64,000 nt of DNA from Bispira polyomma (lineage: Eukaryota): positions 6,386,001 through 6,450,000 of the forward strand of contig OZ287755.1 in the NCBI GenBank assembly GCA_965649765.1, given 5' to 3'. The position numbers were made by a program, and so were the translations under genes. Positions 24,202 through 37,250 of the stretch are shown here, piece after piece; the first letter of the stretch is position 1, and every line of letters starts with the position of its first letter. The notes under the pieces were generated by a model that was not told the origin of the DNA, made no database searches, and was given only the letters and a program-made list of their open reading frames with translations.

Positions 24202-25210
24202 TTGTCTAATTTATCCATATATAAACTCTTCATATATGCACTTACACTGTAATTCCTTGATTTATTTATTCATATTCATTCAATAAGGTCATTAATTTAC
24301 ATGAAGACAGAATTTTTCAGGTTGTCATAACTTTTTGATAGCAAGTTATGTAGATGAAAATTATAATACCTTAAATTAAAAAATCTTTTTTACCAATACT
24401 ACCAGAACGTTTTGTAGAGGTGTCATTGATTTTAATTATCAAGTTGACTTTTTGGGTCTATTTTAACCTTAGACTTACACTTAGGTTTATACTTCATTTT
24501 TAAATAATATAATCAAGTATATTTGAGTTCAAGCCAAATACTTCAAAACACATTGCACTTAACACACCTTATCATGTCTTATCTACATTACTTTTTGCTT
24601 TCCAAAATAATACCGACATAGTAAGAGAGCAAACGTTATACATTACAAAGTTGGATATGTAAGTAAAGTAATCTAAGTAATCAAATTGCGAAATCATACT
24701 CTGTTGTAAGGTTACTTTGTCTAGCATGGACATTTTTTGCTTTAGACATTACACAATATGACTTACATTGATTTACCATATAGCATCCAATGTACGTCAT
24801 CCTCACGACCAGAGAACAATGAATGCCACAGTCATTAATACAAATACATTGGCATCTACTCACACAAAGGAAATTAATTTGCATCGATAGGAGAAATTGT
24901 CTAGACCAATTAAGAATCAATTATATAAGTCACAAACAAAGTAGTACAGGTCCTAAACAAAGACAAAGGTAGTGATTTTGTGTGTCACAAATTAAATAAT
25001 ATGGATTCTGCAACAAAGTTGAATGATCAATGAATACGAAAAAAAAACTACCCCACAGAGATTTTTGCTTCAACAGAGGCAATATGTTCATTTTCATCAG
25101 TTAAATATAAAACAATTTCTCAATCTTAATGCAGTACACCCTCTACCAAGTGCATCCCTTCTCAGTGCTTGAACTGTAGCCAAACCAAAGATGATTCTAA
25201 GAATTTCAAT

Positions 25211-26573
25211 ATGAAATTGATGAACAGTATCTTTTTCGTAGTATCAGTAACTAGCATCTCTCTGGGCAAGAAATTTGATTATATTACAGATGAGTTTGGC
25301 AAATGCCTTCATTATAGTAATACGTAAGTACTCTAAAAAGTGTAAGACCTGTTGATTTAAAAGATCAATTGTTTACAGTCAGGTGTTAATTTTGTGTATT
25401 ATAAAAATATGTAGTAGGGACCAATTTAATTTAATATCATCTGGTAGAGTCAATATTATTTTATTTATTTTATTTTTTTTATTAATCTGAATGTGATATT
25501 AGTGGATTCTTATTTTTTATTCATCTATTAACTAAATATTAATTGTTATATATGTTACAGTTAATCTGTCATGTGAGTCATTTCAGATTCACTGTAACAT
25601 ATACACATAGTATTATGACATACCCTGAACTTTACAAAAGCTTTATAAATGTGACATTCATCTGTGGAACTTATTTTTGCAAACATGTGATTCATTTTTA
25701 GGATAAATATAGGACAAGTGAAGCTTGTTTACATATATTTCAAATTGAATTAAAAATACCTTGTCTATTGGTTGACAATATCCAATTTATGATGAAGGAA
25801 TCATTTGCCTTAAACTTTAAAACGGGAGATCATCCACTCTTTGTTATGTGTGGGTGATCATGCTGGCCAAGTTGTTCTAAATATGCGGCTCAATGTCATA
25901 GCCTTTAAATATCATTTACCTCTGAAGAAAAATGGAACAAATTATATTTCTGTTTCTTTCATGTGGTTCTTGTCATAGGATTCCTGTATGGGCTTACTTC
26001 CGCAATAAATGTGAATGTCATATAATGACCAAATATATAATGAAACTAATAAATAAGCCTTCAATGTTGGGTTTTATTACCAAAATATATCTTTACATAT
26101 AATTTAATAACTATAAATAATACATAATAATACATAATAAATTATATATATATATACATAGACATCAGGCATCAAATCACACTACTGGTACCTGAAATTT
26201 ACACACTGTATTTGGTATTCAGATTGATGTGGCACATTTATCATTATGAAGATGAATATGGGAAATTCGCCTGATATTTACTTTGTTTTTACGATAAAAT
26301 GTGAAACATAATTTTAAAATATGCACTTTTTATTACCTTGTGGACCTATATATAGTAACAATATAATTTCACATGCCACTAGTTGGAGGTGGCACCGCTG
26401 GTTGTGTTATTGCTGGCAGATTGTCAGAGGACCAATATGTCAGTGCCTTATTACTGGAAGCTGGTCAATCTGATAGGGACTACCCAGCTATAAAAGTTCC
26501 TGCTTTAAGACCCAAACTGGTTGAACTGGACTGGGGTTACCTATCTGAACCGCAAGAAAAGGTGGGGCAAGAG
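25211..26573 (+). pseudogene. GMC oxidoreductase pseudogene fragment (exon 1 25211-25289, exon 2 26383-about 26573), inverted relative to the intact gene
   Basis: Exon 1 MKLMNSIFFVVSVTSISLGKKFDYIT is 79 nt, the same length as intact exon 1, but its donor is ATGAGT. Exon 2 reads [17 protein letters not shown]...LLEAG...DWGY. No later exons seen. Confidence 0.85.
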
Positions 26574-26607
26574 GTACAAACTTTATCTTTAACTCACTTA
26601 GTTTTCC

Positions 26608-29600
26608 GGGAAATACTAGCCAAGGCTAAAACTGATGAAACTTTTCAAAAATGGAATAGTCAAAATCGGGCCAAATTTGGTTATATTCCTCTGGGGCCAT
26701 TAAAGAACCCCATAACTGATCAGGAAAACGAGTATAATTTTTCAACTCTGCAGCTCCACAAAGAATAAAAGACAGCAATAAATTCAATATTATGAACAAG
26801 CAGTTCACTGTCGAATCGGAACTGAACCATGTGCGCTGGAAAGAACTCCTAAAGGGTTATTGGGACACCCAATTACCGTTTTTAATCCAGTATGGTTTTC
26901 CCCTTGATTTTGACAGGACTTGTAAATTAGCACATAAAGAACACAATCACCACTCGGCGTGTGAATTTACAGATGACGTCAAAGCTTACCTAACTGAAGA
27001 GAAAAATCATGGTGCCATATTAGGCCCTTTTAAAGAACCCCCTATGAAGGATTTACATATATCCCCGTTTATGACAAGGGAAAAACCTGGCGCCCCTCAC
27101 AGAAGGGTTATTATAGATTTAAGCTTTCCTCAGGGTCAATCAGTTAACGCAGCTACACGTCCAAATCAATACCTTGGTTCAGACTTTCTGTTAACATTAC
27201 CCACCATTGACGATGTCACCAATGAGATTATAAAACTGGGTAGAAATGCCCTTATCTATAAGCTAGATATAAGTAATGCATTTTGTCACGTTAAGCTAGA
27301 CCCAGCAGAATATGACCTACTAGGCCTCAAACTAAACGAATACTATGTAGATACGTGCCTGCCATTTGGCTACAGGCACGGAAGTGCTATTTTCCAGCGC
27401 CTCAGTGATGCAATGCATTTCATAATGTGCGTCAGAGGCTATGACGTCGTCAACTATATCGACGACGACATTGGGTACAGCAACGCACCTGACGTCCATG
27501 ACGCCTATAAAACTTTACAAGAACTGGTCAAAGATCTAGATTTTGCGATTAGTGCAAAAAAGCTTGTGCCTCTGACCAGCAGGGTAACTTGTCTTGGCGT
27601 CCTTATTGACGCGAACAACTTTTCAGTGGAAGTTCCACCTGAAAAATTAAGTCAAATTATTCAAATATGTGACATCTGGGTAGATAAACAGCAATGCTCC
27701 AAAAGAGAATTACAATCACTGCTGGGCTCACTTTTCTACATATACAAGTGCGTAAGGGTTGCCAGAGTTTTTCTAAATAGAATGCTCGACGTCTTGCGAA
27801 AGGCTCATGACACAAAACAAATTAGGCTTGAATTGCCCTTTTTCCAAGATCTAAATTAGTTCACTAAATTTGTAGGCAAATTCAATGGCAAAGCATTCTT
27901 TGACCATAGCCCGGTCAATGACCATATTGAACTAGACGCGTGTTTAATGGGTCTGGGTGGCAGATGTAATAACATAGTGTACACAAAGGAACTTCCTCTC
28001 AATTACCTAGAAATGACCATAGTGCATCTAGAAATGCTGAATATATTGGTAGCCTTGAGATTATGGCAAGGTATATGGCAAGGCAAAAAACTGGTTATTC
28101 ATTGTGATAACGAAGCGGTAGTAACAATTCTGAACTCAGGGAAAACCATAGATCTAACCCTGGCAGCAATTGCACGCAACATCTTTATGGAAGTAGCCAA
28201 AGCTGACATTTATATCAGGCCAGTCCACATCTTAGGTAAACTTAATGTAACAGCAGATCCGTTATCTATGTGGCACAAGGTTATTCACCCAGAAAATAAA
28301 TTACAGCAATTAGTAACAGAACCATGCTGGGTGACTGTCCCAGATCAAATGTTGGCAATTGACTGGAGTATATAATTTTTTTCAGATTTATCCCCCTTGG
28401 TGCGGTGGCTAGCAGGGCAAGCGGCTCACACAGCTCATCAGGCTTTCAGGCCTGCCACTCAGCAGGCCTACCAAAATATGTTCAAGGTTTTCATTGCTTA
28501 CACAGTATTTGTAGGCGTCGATATGATGCAGATTTCAGTTTTATTTGTTCTTTCATTTCTGCAGGTTCTATTAGCCAGTAAAGTATCCCAGCCATCAATT
28601 GCCAACTATTTGGCTGCTATAAAAGGAAAACTTAGCCTATATGCCTTTGACACAAGTCCATTTGCAGATCCACGTATAAAATACTTTCAAAAAGCAATGA
28701 TACTACAAAGACCTTTCAAAGCTAAAATCAATAAAGTAATTGACATCTCGCTGTTAACTCAAATAGTACAAGCCTGTGCTTCAATGTACATGGGCCAGGT
28801 GTTTAAGGCAGCCTATCTACTAGCTTTTTTTTCCTTTTTAAGAATTTTCAACCTGGTTCCACACACAGTGGCTACCTATAATCCGCTAGAGCAGTTGGCC
28901 AGGGCTGATGTGTTATTTGCACCCCCTGGGCTTCAACTTATTATTAAGTGGTCCAAGACTCTCCAAAACAGAAATTCAATCAAAATTCTTAAAGTTCCAC
29001 GTATACACAACTCAGTCTAGTGCCCAGTGGTAGCCATAAGAAATTTCCTTGCTATTTGTCTCAAATAATTCACCTCTGTTTCAGTTTAAGGCATTAAATG
29101 GATGGGTGCCTCTCACGGATTCAAAACTAAGACATAACCTCAAGCAAATTTTGTCAAGACTTAGTCTAAATCACTCCCCAATTGCCTTTCATGACTTCAG
29201 ACGCTCAGGGGCCACCCTGGCTTTCAATAACCATGTCCCTCTCCAAGAAATACAAAGCCATGGCACTTGGACATCTGAGTGTGTCTGGAAATACATAACA
29301 ACAGATCATAACGCCTCAGACCAAGTAGCCCTGGTCTTTCAAAATTTGCTTTCTCTCCCTACTTCCTAAGTTGGGTTTGGTGTTGTTTTTACTTGAAAAT
29401 ATACATAAAATAATATACTCATGTTATCAAGGCTAAGCCCACCTGTATCACAAACTCAAAACTGAAATAAAATAAAAACTCTATTTAAGGTTACCCTAAA
29501 CTTAAAACACCATCTTCAAGTTAAGATAGCCTTAAACTCAAACTTAAATTAAGATGACCTTATACTCGAAAACTTAATCTCACGTTAGGGTAACCTTAAC

Positions 29601-29770
29601 TTAAAACTTTTAACTTAATCTCAGTTTAAGCTGTCACTTATGACAACCTTAAACCTGGTGGGCTTAGTTTTCAGTTCTGTATATAAAGTAGATTAACATA
29701 GAATAAACTAATTATTCCAAGGCTATTCTCTTACTTGATTATCATCACTTCAAGGTCAAATAGGGCACTG
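26608..29770 (+). mobile_element. 5'-truncated, decayed DIRS-order element B (RT/RNase H and YR with in-frame stops and a frameshift)
   Basis: ORFs 26792-27859 (YIDD), 27947-28375 (RNase H), 28397-29020 and 29049-29369 (YR, HDFRRSGA, GTWTS, WKY). Ends in AGGGCACTG like A and C. Confidence 0.9.
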
Positions 29771-30619
29771 AATATGTTGTAGCTTATCAATAGACTTATG
29801 TAGTAGTTAAGGCAGAAAGGGGTTACAATCAACTTCGACAATTTGTGATCTTTCAGAAATGTAAGAGCCAGTAATTCCAAAGTGGCCTCCTAAGCGAGTA
29901 AGTAGGATACTGTGATCTGTTATTTCTTTCTTATAACAACCATTGCATTGATGTAGGTCAATATTTTACATTAATAGTAAACACATTCGAATATTCAAGG
30001 CCATCAATTTGGCACTATTTAAATAACAAGTCGTAGAATAGTTTTCATTTCATATATTTGAAAGACTAAAACCTTGTATGTCTGTACAATATACTTTTAA
30101 CTTATCGTTAGTTATTTGGGCAATAAGAACTGGAATAAAAAAATGTCACACAGCAACATAATGGTTCCAATAAAAAACACATCTTTGTATGGGCAAAATA
30201 ATTCTTATTTAGAATATAATTGGTATTTGAAACAGTTAAATCATTCTCCCAAGTAATTCTCCTCAGTAATTCTCTAATCTAATCTAATCTAACTTTTATA
30301 GCGTTTAATCTCTCCTTCTTAGGGCATTCTAAGGCGCAGGACAGTATCCTTATTCAATTTGCGTTTCCGTTGGACAAGCATGGGTCAGCACCATGCATAT
30401 TCTCTAATAATCATTACTATATAACGAATGTTCTTCTTTCTTTAATAATATTAAGATCAACATCCAGAGTTTTAGGGTCAAAGTCTATGACGGATAAAGA
30501 CATGTATATGCCAGTGTAACGCAAAATACTGACTCCCATCAAAATACTGACTCCCCTCTTTGATCTTTTAGTGGAGTCATTATTTGGTAAACAAAATTTG
30601 CACTCCCCCACAATAAGCT

Positions 30620-32210
30620 TTAGATAAAAAAAAGTTCACACAATGTACCAAGGTAGGATGATAGTGTAAAAGAATATCATGATACAGCAAAGTTATGGCA
30701 TGGTATTTGGAATGAATGTGGTTGTCCACATAGTGGTCATGTTGCAAAAATATGTAGCCACACCAGGGCTAAGTACTATCAGGCTGTACGTGTGGATAAA
30801 TGAAACTGTGACAACATTATCACTGAAAAGATGGCTAAGAATTTGCTTAATAAAATACACATAACTTCTGGAGAGATGTAAGACAGGTCAAAAAAGCAAA
30901 AACTTCTATCCCAACTTGTGTTGATTATTCTACTGGTGAAACACAAATTAGCCTTTTTTTCTGTGAAAAAATTAAGCCTTTGTATAATTCAGTGTCTTAT
31001 AGTATTACAGATATGTGTGATATTTATAAAGATATTTATGTAAACATAAAGAAGAAGTGTTTATGCTCCCAGTATAATAATCATTGTATTAATGTAATTG
31101 ATATTCAACAAGGTTTGTCAAAACTAAAAAGTGGACAAAATGATGGTCTTACAATGTGTACTTCTAACCACCTGTTAAATGGATCTGTTAAACTAAGTAT
31201 TTTTACATAGCTCTTTTATTTAGTGCAATGATAAAACCTGGTTTGACCCCAAGTGACATGTTGCTGTTAACAGTTATACCCATTCCAAAAAGCAAACATA
31301 AATCTTTTAACTCCTCTGATAATTAGATGGCCATTGCTTTCAGCAGTATACTTGGTAAGTTACTAGATTCAATAATTCTTAAAAAAAATAAAACAGTATT
31401 CTTAACTTCTGACTAGCAGTTTTGCTTTAAAAGTAAACATTCAACCTTAAATTGTTCATTTGTAAAACAATAAATCATACAATATTACATAAGTAACCAA
31501 ACTAATGTGTATACTATGTTACTGGATTCAAGTAAAGCATTCGATAAGGTACATTATTGGAAACTATTTAAGTTGTTATTAAAAAAAGAATTGTGTCCTG
31601 TCACAGCCAGGTTCCTGGCTGTTATGTATACACATCAAACCCTTCGTGTTAATTGGCGTAATAGTTTATCTAGCACATGTACAATAAGTAATGGTGTAAA
31701 GCAAGGTGGTGTGCTCTCCCCACTATTATTCACTGTATATATAGATCAATTATTAATTCAGTTGAGAGATTCTAGTTGTGGATGTCATATTGGGATTGAA
31801 TACAGCGGCAGCTTTAGCTATGCTGATGACAACATTCTTTTAAGCCCCACATTAACTTTGTTACATATGATGCTTAAGGTATGTGATAGATTTAGTGCTG
31901 ACTACAATGTATCATTCAACCCTGATAAATATCAGTTATTACACTGTAAAAAGTCACAGGCTATAGATGGCTTAATGTTTAATAATATATTTATAAAAAC
32001 TAAAACAAGTGCTGACCATCTTGGTATTGTTCTTAGCACCTATGATACTAATGTAAATATAAAGAATGCTACAGACAAATTTTATGTCTGCATTAATAAT
32101 GTAATGTCTTTCTTTTCACATGTGAATTCCAGTTCGAAGTATAATTTATTTAAAACATGCTGCATGTCTCTTTATGGTGCAGTTCTGTGGGATTATACTA
32201 GTAAAAATGT
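30620..32210 (+). mobile_element. Decayed LINE (non-LTR) RT region, 5' part, interrupted by element C
   Basis: LLDSSKAFDKV, GVKQGGVLSPLLF, YADD and CMSLYGAVLWD in ORF 31507..32262. Confidence 0.88.
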
Positions 32211-35200
32211 GCAAGGTAGCGGGAAGGGGCTACCAAGGTCAATGCTTCAACAAGTATACTAGCATGTATCCCTTGACCAATTGACCTGAATTCTCATTGG
32301 TCTGCACTGCCCTCATTTCCCCCAGCTTACCGCCAAAAACCTCAGATGCTTCACTTGAAAAACTGAAACTGAAGTGGCTAGACGCCATCTTAAAAAATAT
32401 AACAAAAATATTATGTGCTGGACTTTTTTCATGGATTATAGTGATTTTAGTTCTTATTTTACAGTTTTACTCTACTGAATTGGGACGATTGTGCTTATGA
32501 ATCCAGTGTAGCAGTGCTCCTGTGTCTTATTACTCTGTTTTGAGTCTTGCGATCATTGGCTTCACTTGTTGGAGCAAAAGTAGAGGAAAGTTATCAGGCC
32601 ATTCATTCTAACTTATATTGAAACGTTGATTCAAAATTCTGACAAATTACCTCTCACCAATAGTCGCACGTATCCAAACAGCCGTATTCTATATCTGTAG
32701 TGTTATAGCTCCCAGAAAAACTTATGACTGTGAGGCGTGTGGTGGACATCACCAAAAGCCTATAAATGATAAATGTAAAGTCGTGATAAAGGAAACGGAC
32801 AGTATTTCCATGGTGAACAGTACAAACTCAGGTAGTGTCTCCACAAACGAGATCAACCTACAAATATTAAAACAGCTAAGTGATCTGAGCTCCAGGATGG
32901 ACAAATATGAACTTAAAAGCAATACGGAGCCAGCTCGTGAACAGACAACGGTGCAACATATCCCAGTGTCGGTACAAGCAACAACAGTTGCAGGCGCTGG
33001 GTCAACTCCATTGAACGACATAGTGGTTCCTTCACTTCAGACGCTCAGGCAGTCCAGTGATCTTCAGGCTGCAGTTGATGCCCGCCTGAGGTAATTACAA
33101 CAAGTTAACTAATCAGGTACGTTCACAATGTGGCGATTCAGATACTATTTGAGTTAAAAGACAGGTAGCCTGGCCCCAGAACTTTATCCTAGGGGGTAAC
33201 AATAAGTCTCGCTTGTCATATGATTCACTATCAATGGCCCAATGGGTTGCAGGTTTGAGTGCCATGATTAAAGAAGAAGCAAATTTAGAAACCAAAAACC
33301 AAATGCTCGAACACATGTCAAAGCTAATGGAGGATTCTCACGATTTCTCTTGGTCAGCAGCTAAGGGAAGTCACGGTGTATTAACATGTAAAATGGAAGA
33401 GGGAAAAATAACCTGGGCAGATACTGCAAAAATTTATCGTGTTAGAAGGGCACATGCCCAGAAAATTTTAGTAGGTCAAACTGGGCCCGTGGGCTCAACC
33501 AAGAAAAGTAGTGAGAAATCCGTCCCCTGTAAATTTCCAAAAAGGAGACCATGAAAACAAAGGGCAATTATATACACATGTGTGTTCCAATTGCTTCACC
33601 ACAGGTCGCTCTTTCCCACACTCGGCTAAAGACTGTAGGAAAAACAACAGTGCAACAAACGAGTAAAAAGTCGATTTTCAGGTCCTGACAGTAAATATAA
33701 TGTTAAAAGTTTGAAAAACACAGAAAGTGTTAATACAAATGTCATGTATAGGGCCAGTAGATTGGTAAAAAGTAACATGTGTGTAAATGGGGAGAGCGAA
33801 AATTGGAGAGCGGACTGGTTTAGAATAAAAGTCAAAAGCTATGCTCAAGCGGTCTTAAGGGGTGTCAGCTCAGTTAAAGGTAAAACATTTAAAGGGGAAA
33901 ACAAACCACCCAGTATCTCCAACTATCGCTCACCCCACATAAATGTCAAGAATCTGCAGAGCAGTGTAAAAAGACATAAAATGTATGGTCGTCAAGAATT
34001 CAGACCAAAAAGTGTGGAATCAAATGTACATAGGATTATTTCAGCAATTGACGTGTCACCAGTTCATAGAATTGGAGGCTTAACAAGCTCCCACCAGAGA
34101 GAACAAAGTGTCAAAAAAACACCCTCCTCCCCCCCCCCCCCCCCCCCTCCCATTGTAATACAAAGTCCTCGAGGTTGTTTACCAAAACCCATTGTTCAGA
34201 AAGTTGCACTTTCCAACTCACACAATTGGGAGGTGTTGGCACTAATTGGGGTAATAACACTAGTCGAGACCACAATAGATTTGCCCGCCACTAACACTCA
34301 CTGAGGGGGGATGGGGAAACACATAAAGAGGAACAAAGCAATCCCTCAAATGACACCCAAGTTAAACACACTAATAGCACAACCAAAATGACAAAGTCAA
34401 GGTATAACAAGTCTACCAAACCTATTCAGCAAGGGGATCAATGTGAAACAAATGACAAATATGACATGCAAAGCCTAAAAGCAAGAAACTTATGAAGTTA
34501 GACAAACAAAACAAGTGTTTCCAAAATTGGGGCAGACGCCTGATAAATTTGGCTTTATTCCTTTGAGAGACTTAACAGTCCCCGTGTTTGATCTCAAAAA
34601 TATTAGTTCTGAGCCAGTATTCAACATGCACAAAAAAATTAAAAACTCTAAAATCCCCAACTTCATGGGGGAACAAATTCAGGTAGAATCCCAGCTTAAA
34701 GCTGATAAATGGGATTTTTACTTACAGGGCTATTGGGACACCCAATTGAAATATCTCATAAGATATGGCTTCTGGACATCGACAAAAACAATCCCTTAGT
34801 CCACCAGGAAGAAAACCATAAATCAGCTAGGGATTTTCCTAATGACATTAACGCCTACTTAGAAGAAGAATCAAGATTCGGGGCCATGTTGGGTCCCTAC
34901 TCAGCTCCCCCTTGTGCTAACCTACATGTATCACCATTCAGGACCCGTGAAAAGCCAGGCGTACCCCATAGAAGGGTCATAATAGATTTGAGTTTCCCTC
35001 AAGGTTACTCAGATAACGCGGCCGTGGCCAGAGACAAATATTTAGATACACCATTTGTGTTAACACTCCCAACAGTGGACACTATTACTCAAAAAATACG
35101 TCAGCTTGGCCAGGGGTCCTTATTCTACAAAACAGACACAAGCAGGGCCTTCAGGCACGTAAAAATCGACCCTGCAGACTACAATCTGCTAGGTCTCAAA

Positions 35201-37007
35201 CATGAGCAATACTTTGTCGATACATGCCTACCCTTCGGGTATCGCCACGGTTGTGCGATATTCCACCGTCTCAGTGACGCAGTTTACTTCATAATGAAAC
35301 GTCACGACTGTGACATCATAAATTATATTGACGATATCATAGGTTTTGGCATTCCGTCCAAAATACAACGTTCTTTTGATCTCCTTCATGAGACTCTCCA
35401 TGAGCTAGGTTTCGAAATTAGCAAAAAGAAAATAGTGCGCCCAAGCACTCAGGTAGTCTGTCTAGGTGTCCTCATTGATACGGAAAATTTTACAGTTTCA
35501 GTTCCCCAAGAAAAACTCAGTGACATCTTAAAGATGTGTAAATCCTGGCAAGCAAAAACTGCAAAAAAACGCGAGTTACAATCACTTCTAGGTAAATTGC
35601 TCTGTATATCTAGATGTGTCAAAGTATCAAGGGTTTTTCTCAACAAAATGTTGGAAGTATTACGCGCAGCCCACACTGCACACACAATCAACCTAGGGGT
35701 TGAATTCCACCAAGACTTTAACTGGTTCTGTGAATTTCTCCCTTCGTTTAATGGTAAAGCATTCTTTGATCATAGACCAATCACGGATTGTATAGAACTA
35801 GATGCCTGTTTAGAAGGTCTAAGGAGCCGCTGTAACAATCAAGTGTATAAAAAACAACTCCCCAAGGGCTATGAAAACTACCACATTACTCACCTAGAGA
35901 TGCTAAACATACTAGTGGCAGTCAGGCTCTGGAAGAAGCAGTGGGGCAACAAGCGACTATTAATACACTGTGACAATGAAGCTGTTGTTACCATATTAAA
36001 GGTAGAACAAAAGATCATACACTGGGGGCCATGGCAAGAAACATTTATATGGAAACGGCAATGGCAGATATCAATTTTAGCACAATTCATATTTTAGGAA
36101 AACATAATGCAGCGGCTGACCTCCTCTCCAGATGGCATATGTACACTGATAGCCTTAACAGGCTAAGAGAATACATAGCAGAACCACAATGGATAAATTT
36201 GAATGATGATGCCATGAATATTAATTGGTCAATTTGAATTCTAGGTTTATCTCCTCAACAGTACTTTCGTACGTAATGTTGGTAACCATGATGTTTTTAT
36301 CTGGTAAGGGTCTGTGGCATGTACATAGGCACTTAAAGTTTTACATTGAGTTAAATGCAGCAGAAGCATGAACTGTTGAAATATTGTGACTTGAACTAGG
36401 AGTAGGGTGAGCTACTGCATCAGGGTTACTTCCTATCATTGTTATAGATGGGGTCTCTTTTTCTCACTTATAATACAAAACCATCATATATTTTATACTA
36501 AAATTTTACATGTCTATATTTAGGGCCACCTTATATTTATATTACATTTATTTGATCTCTTTTACGTAAACATTATATACTTAAATATAACTTTTACATG
36601 TACTTGTATTTAACTTAACTTGAAAAGTTTATAACTTTGGCAGAGTTGACTTGCACTAAGGCCACTACAAGTGACCCCAAAAGTTTACGCAATGTACTAA
36701 GCTAAACCTAAGCTCAACGCAAATGACCACAACCTTGACATAACTTAATTCAAGGTCAACTCAAATGACCAATCTTAAAAAGTTAAGTTCACCTTAGGTT
36801 AAGGTCACCATAAACTGACCTCTACTAAAAGTAACACTCACCTCAACTTTAGGTCACCTTAAGTGACTTGTCTTCAATTTAGGGTGGCCCTATTCTCAGT
36901 ATGTACATAGAAGTAGAAATGTAACACAGAATAAAATTTTAACATTTCCCAATTGGGATCTTTTTCTTGTCTTATTAAAAATTCACACTCATCACAGGAG
37001 GCACTGT
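32211..37007 (+). mobile_element. DIRS-order element C (A-like family), both ends intact, decayed ORFs, YR gene replaced by unrelated DNA
   Basis: gag relics 32705-33666 and pol relics to 36237. Removing the element restores the LINE frame DYTSKNV|NSFYTAWKKSIR. Confidence 0.92.
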
Positions 37008-37250
37008 AAATTCTTTCTACACTGCATGGAAAAAGAGTATTAGATATATATTTGGTCTGCCCTACAAACTGCACTCTATATACCTGCTTTTGTTGTGTGA
37101 TGATCTACCAACTGATATTCAATTACATAAGCGTGTCTTAAAGTTTGTCATAAGTACTGTGATTAGCTCTAACAAAGTATTAAATTTATGCAGTAAATTA
37201 CCCCTAATCGGTAGTCTCCTGTAAGTAATAGTTTCAATTTTGTCATAGCT
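37008..37250 (+). mobile_element. Continuation of the LINE interrupted by element C
   Basis: NSFYTAWKKSIRYIFGLPYKLHSIYLLLLCDDLPTDIQLHKRVLKFV follows the RT thumb region in frame. Confidence 0.8.
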
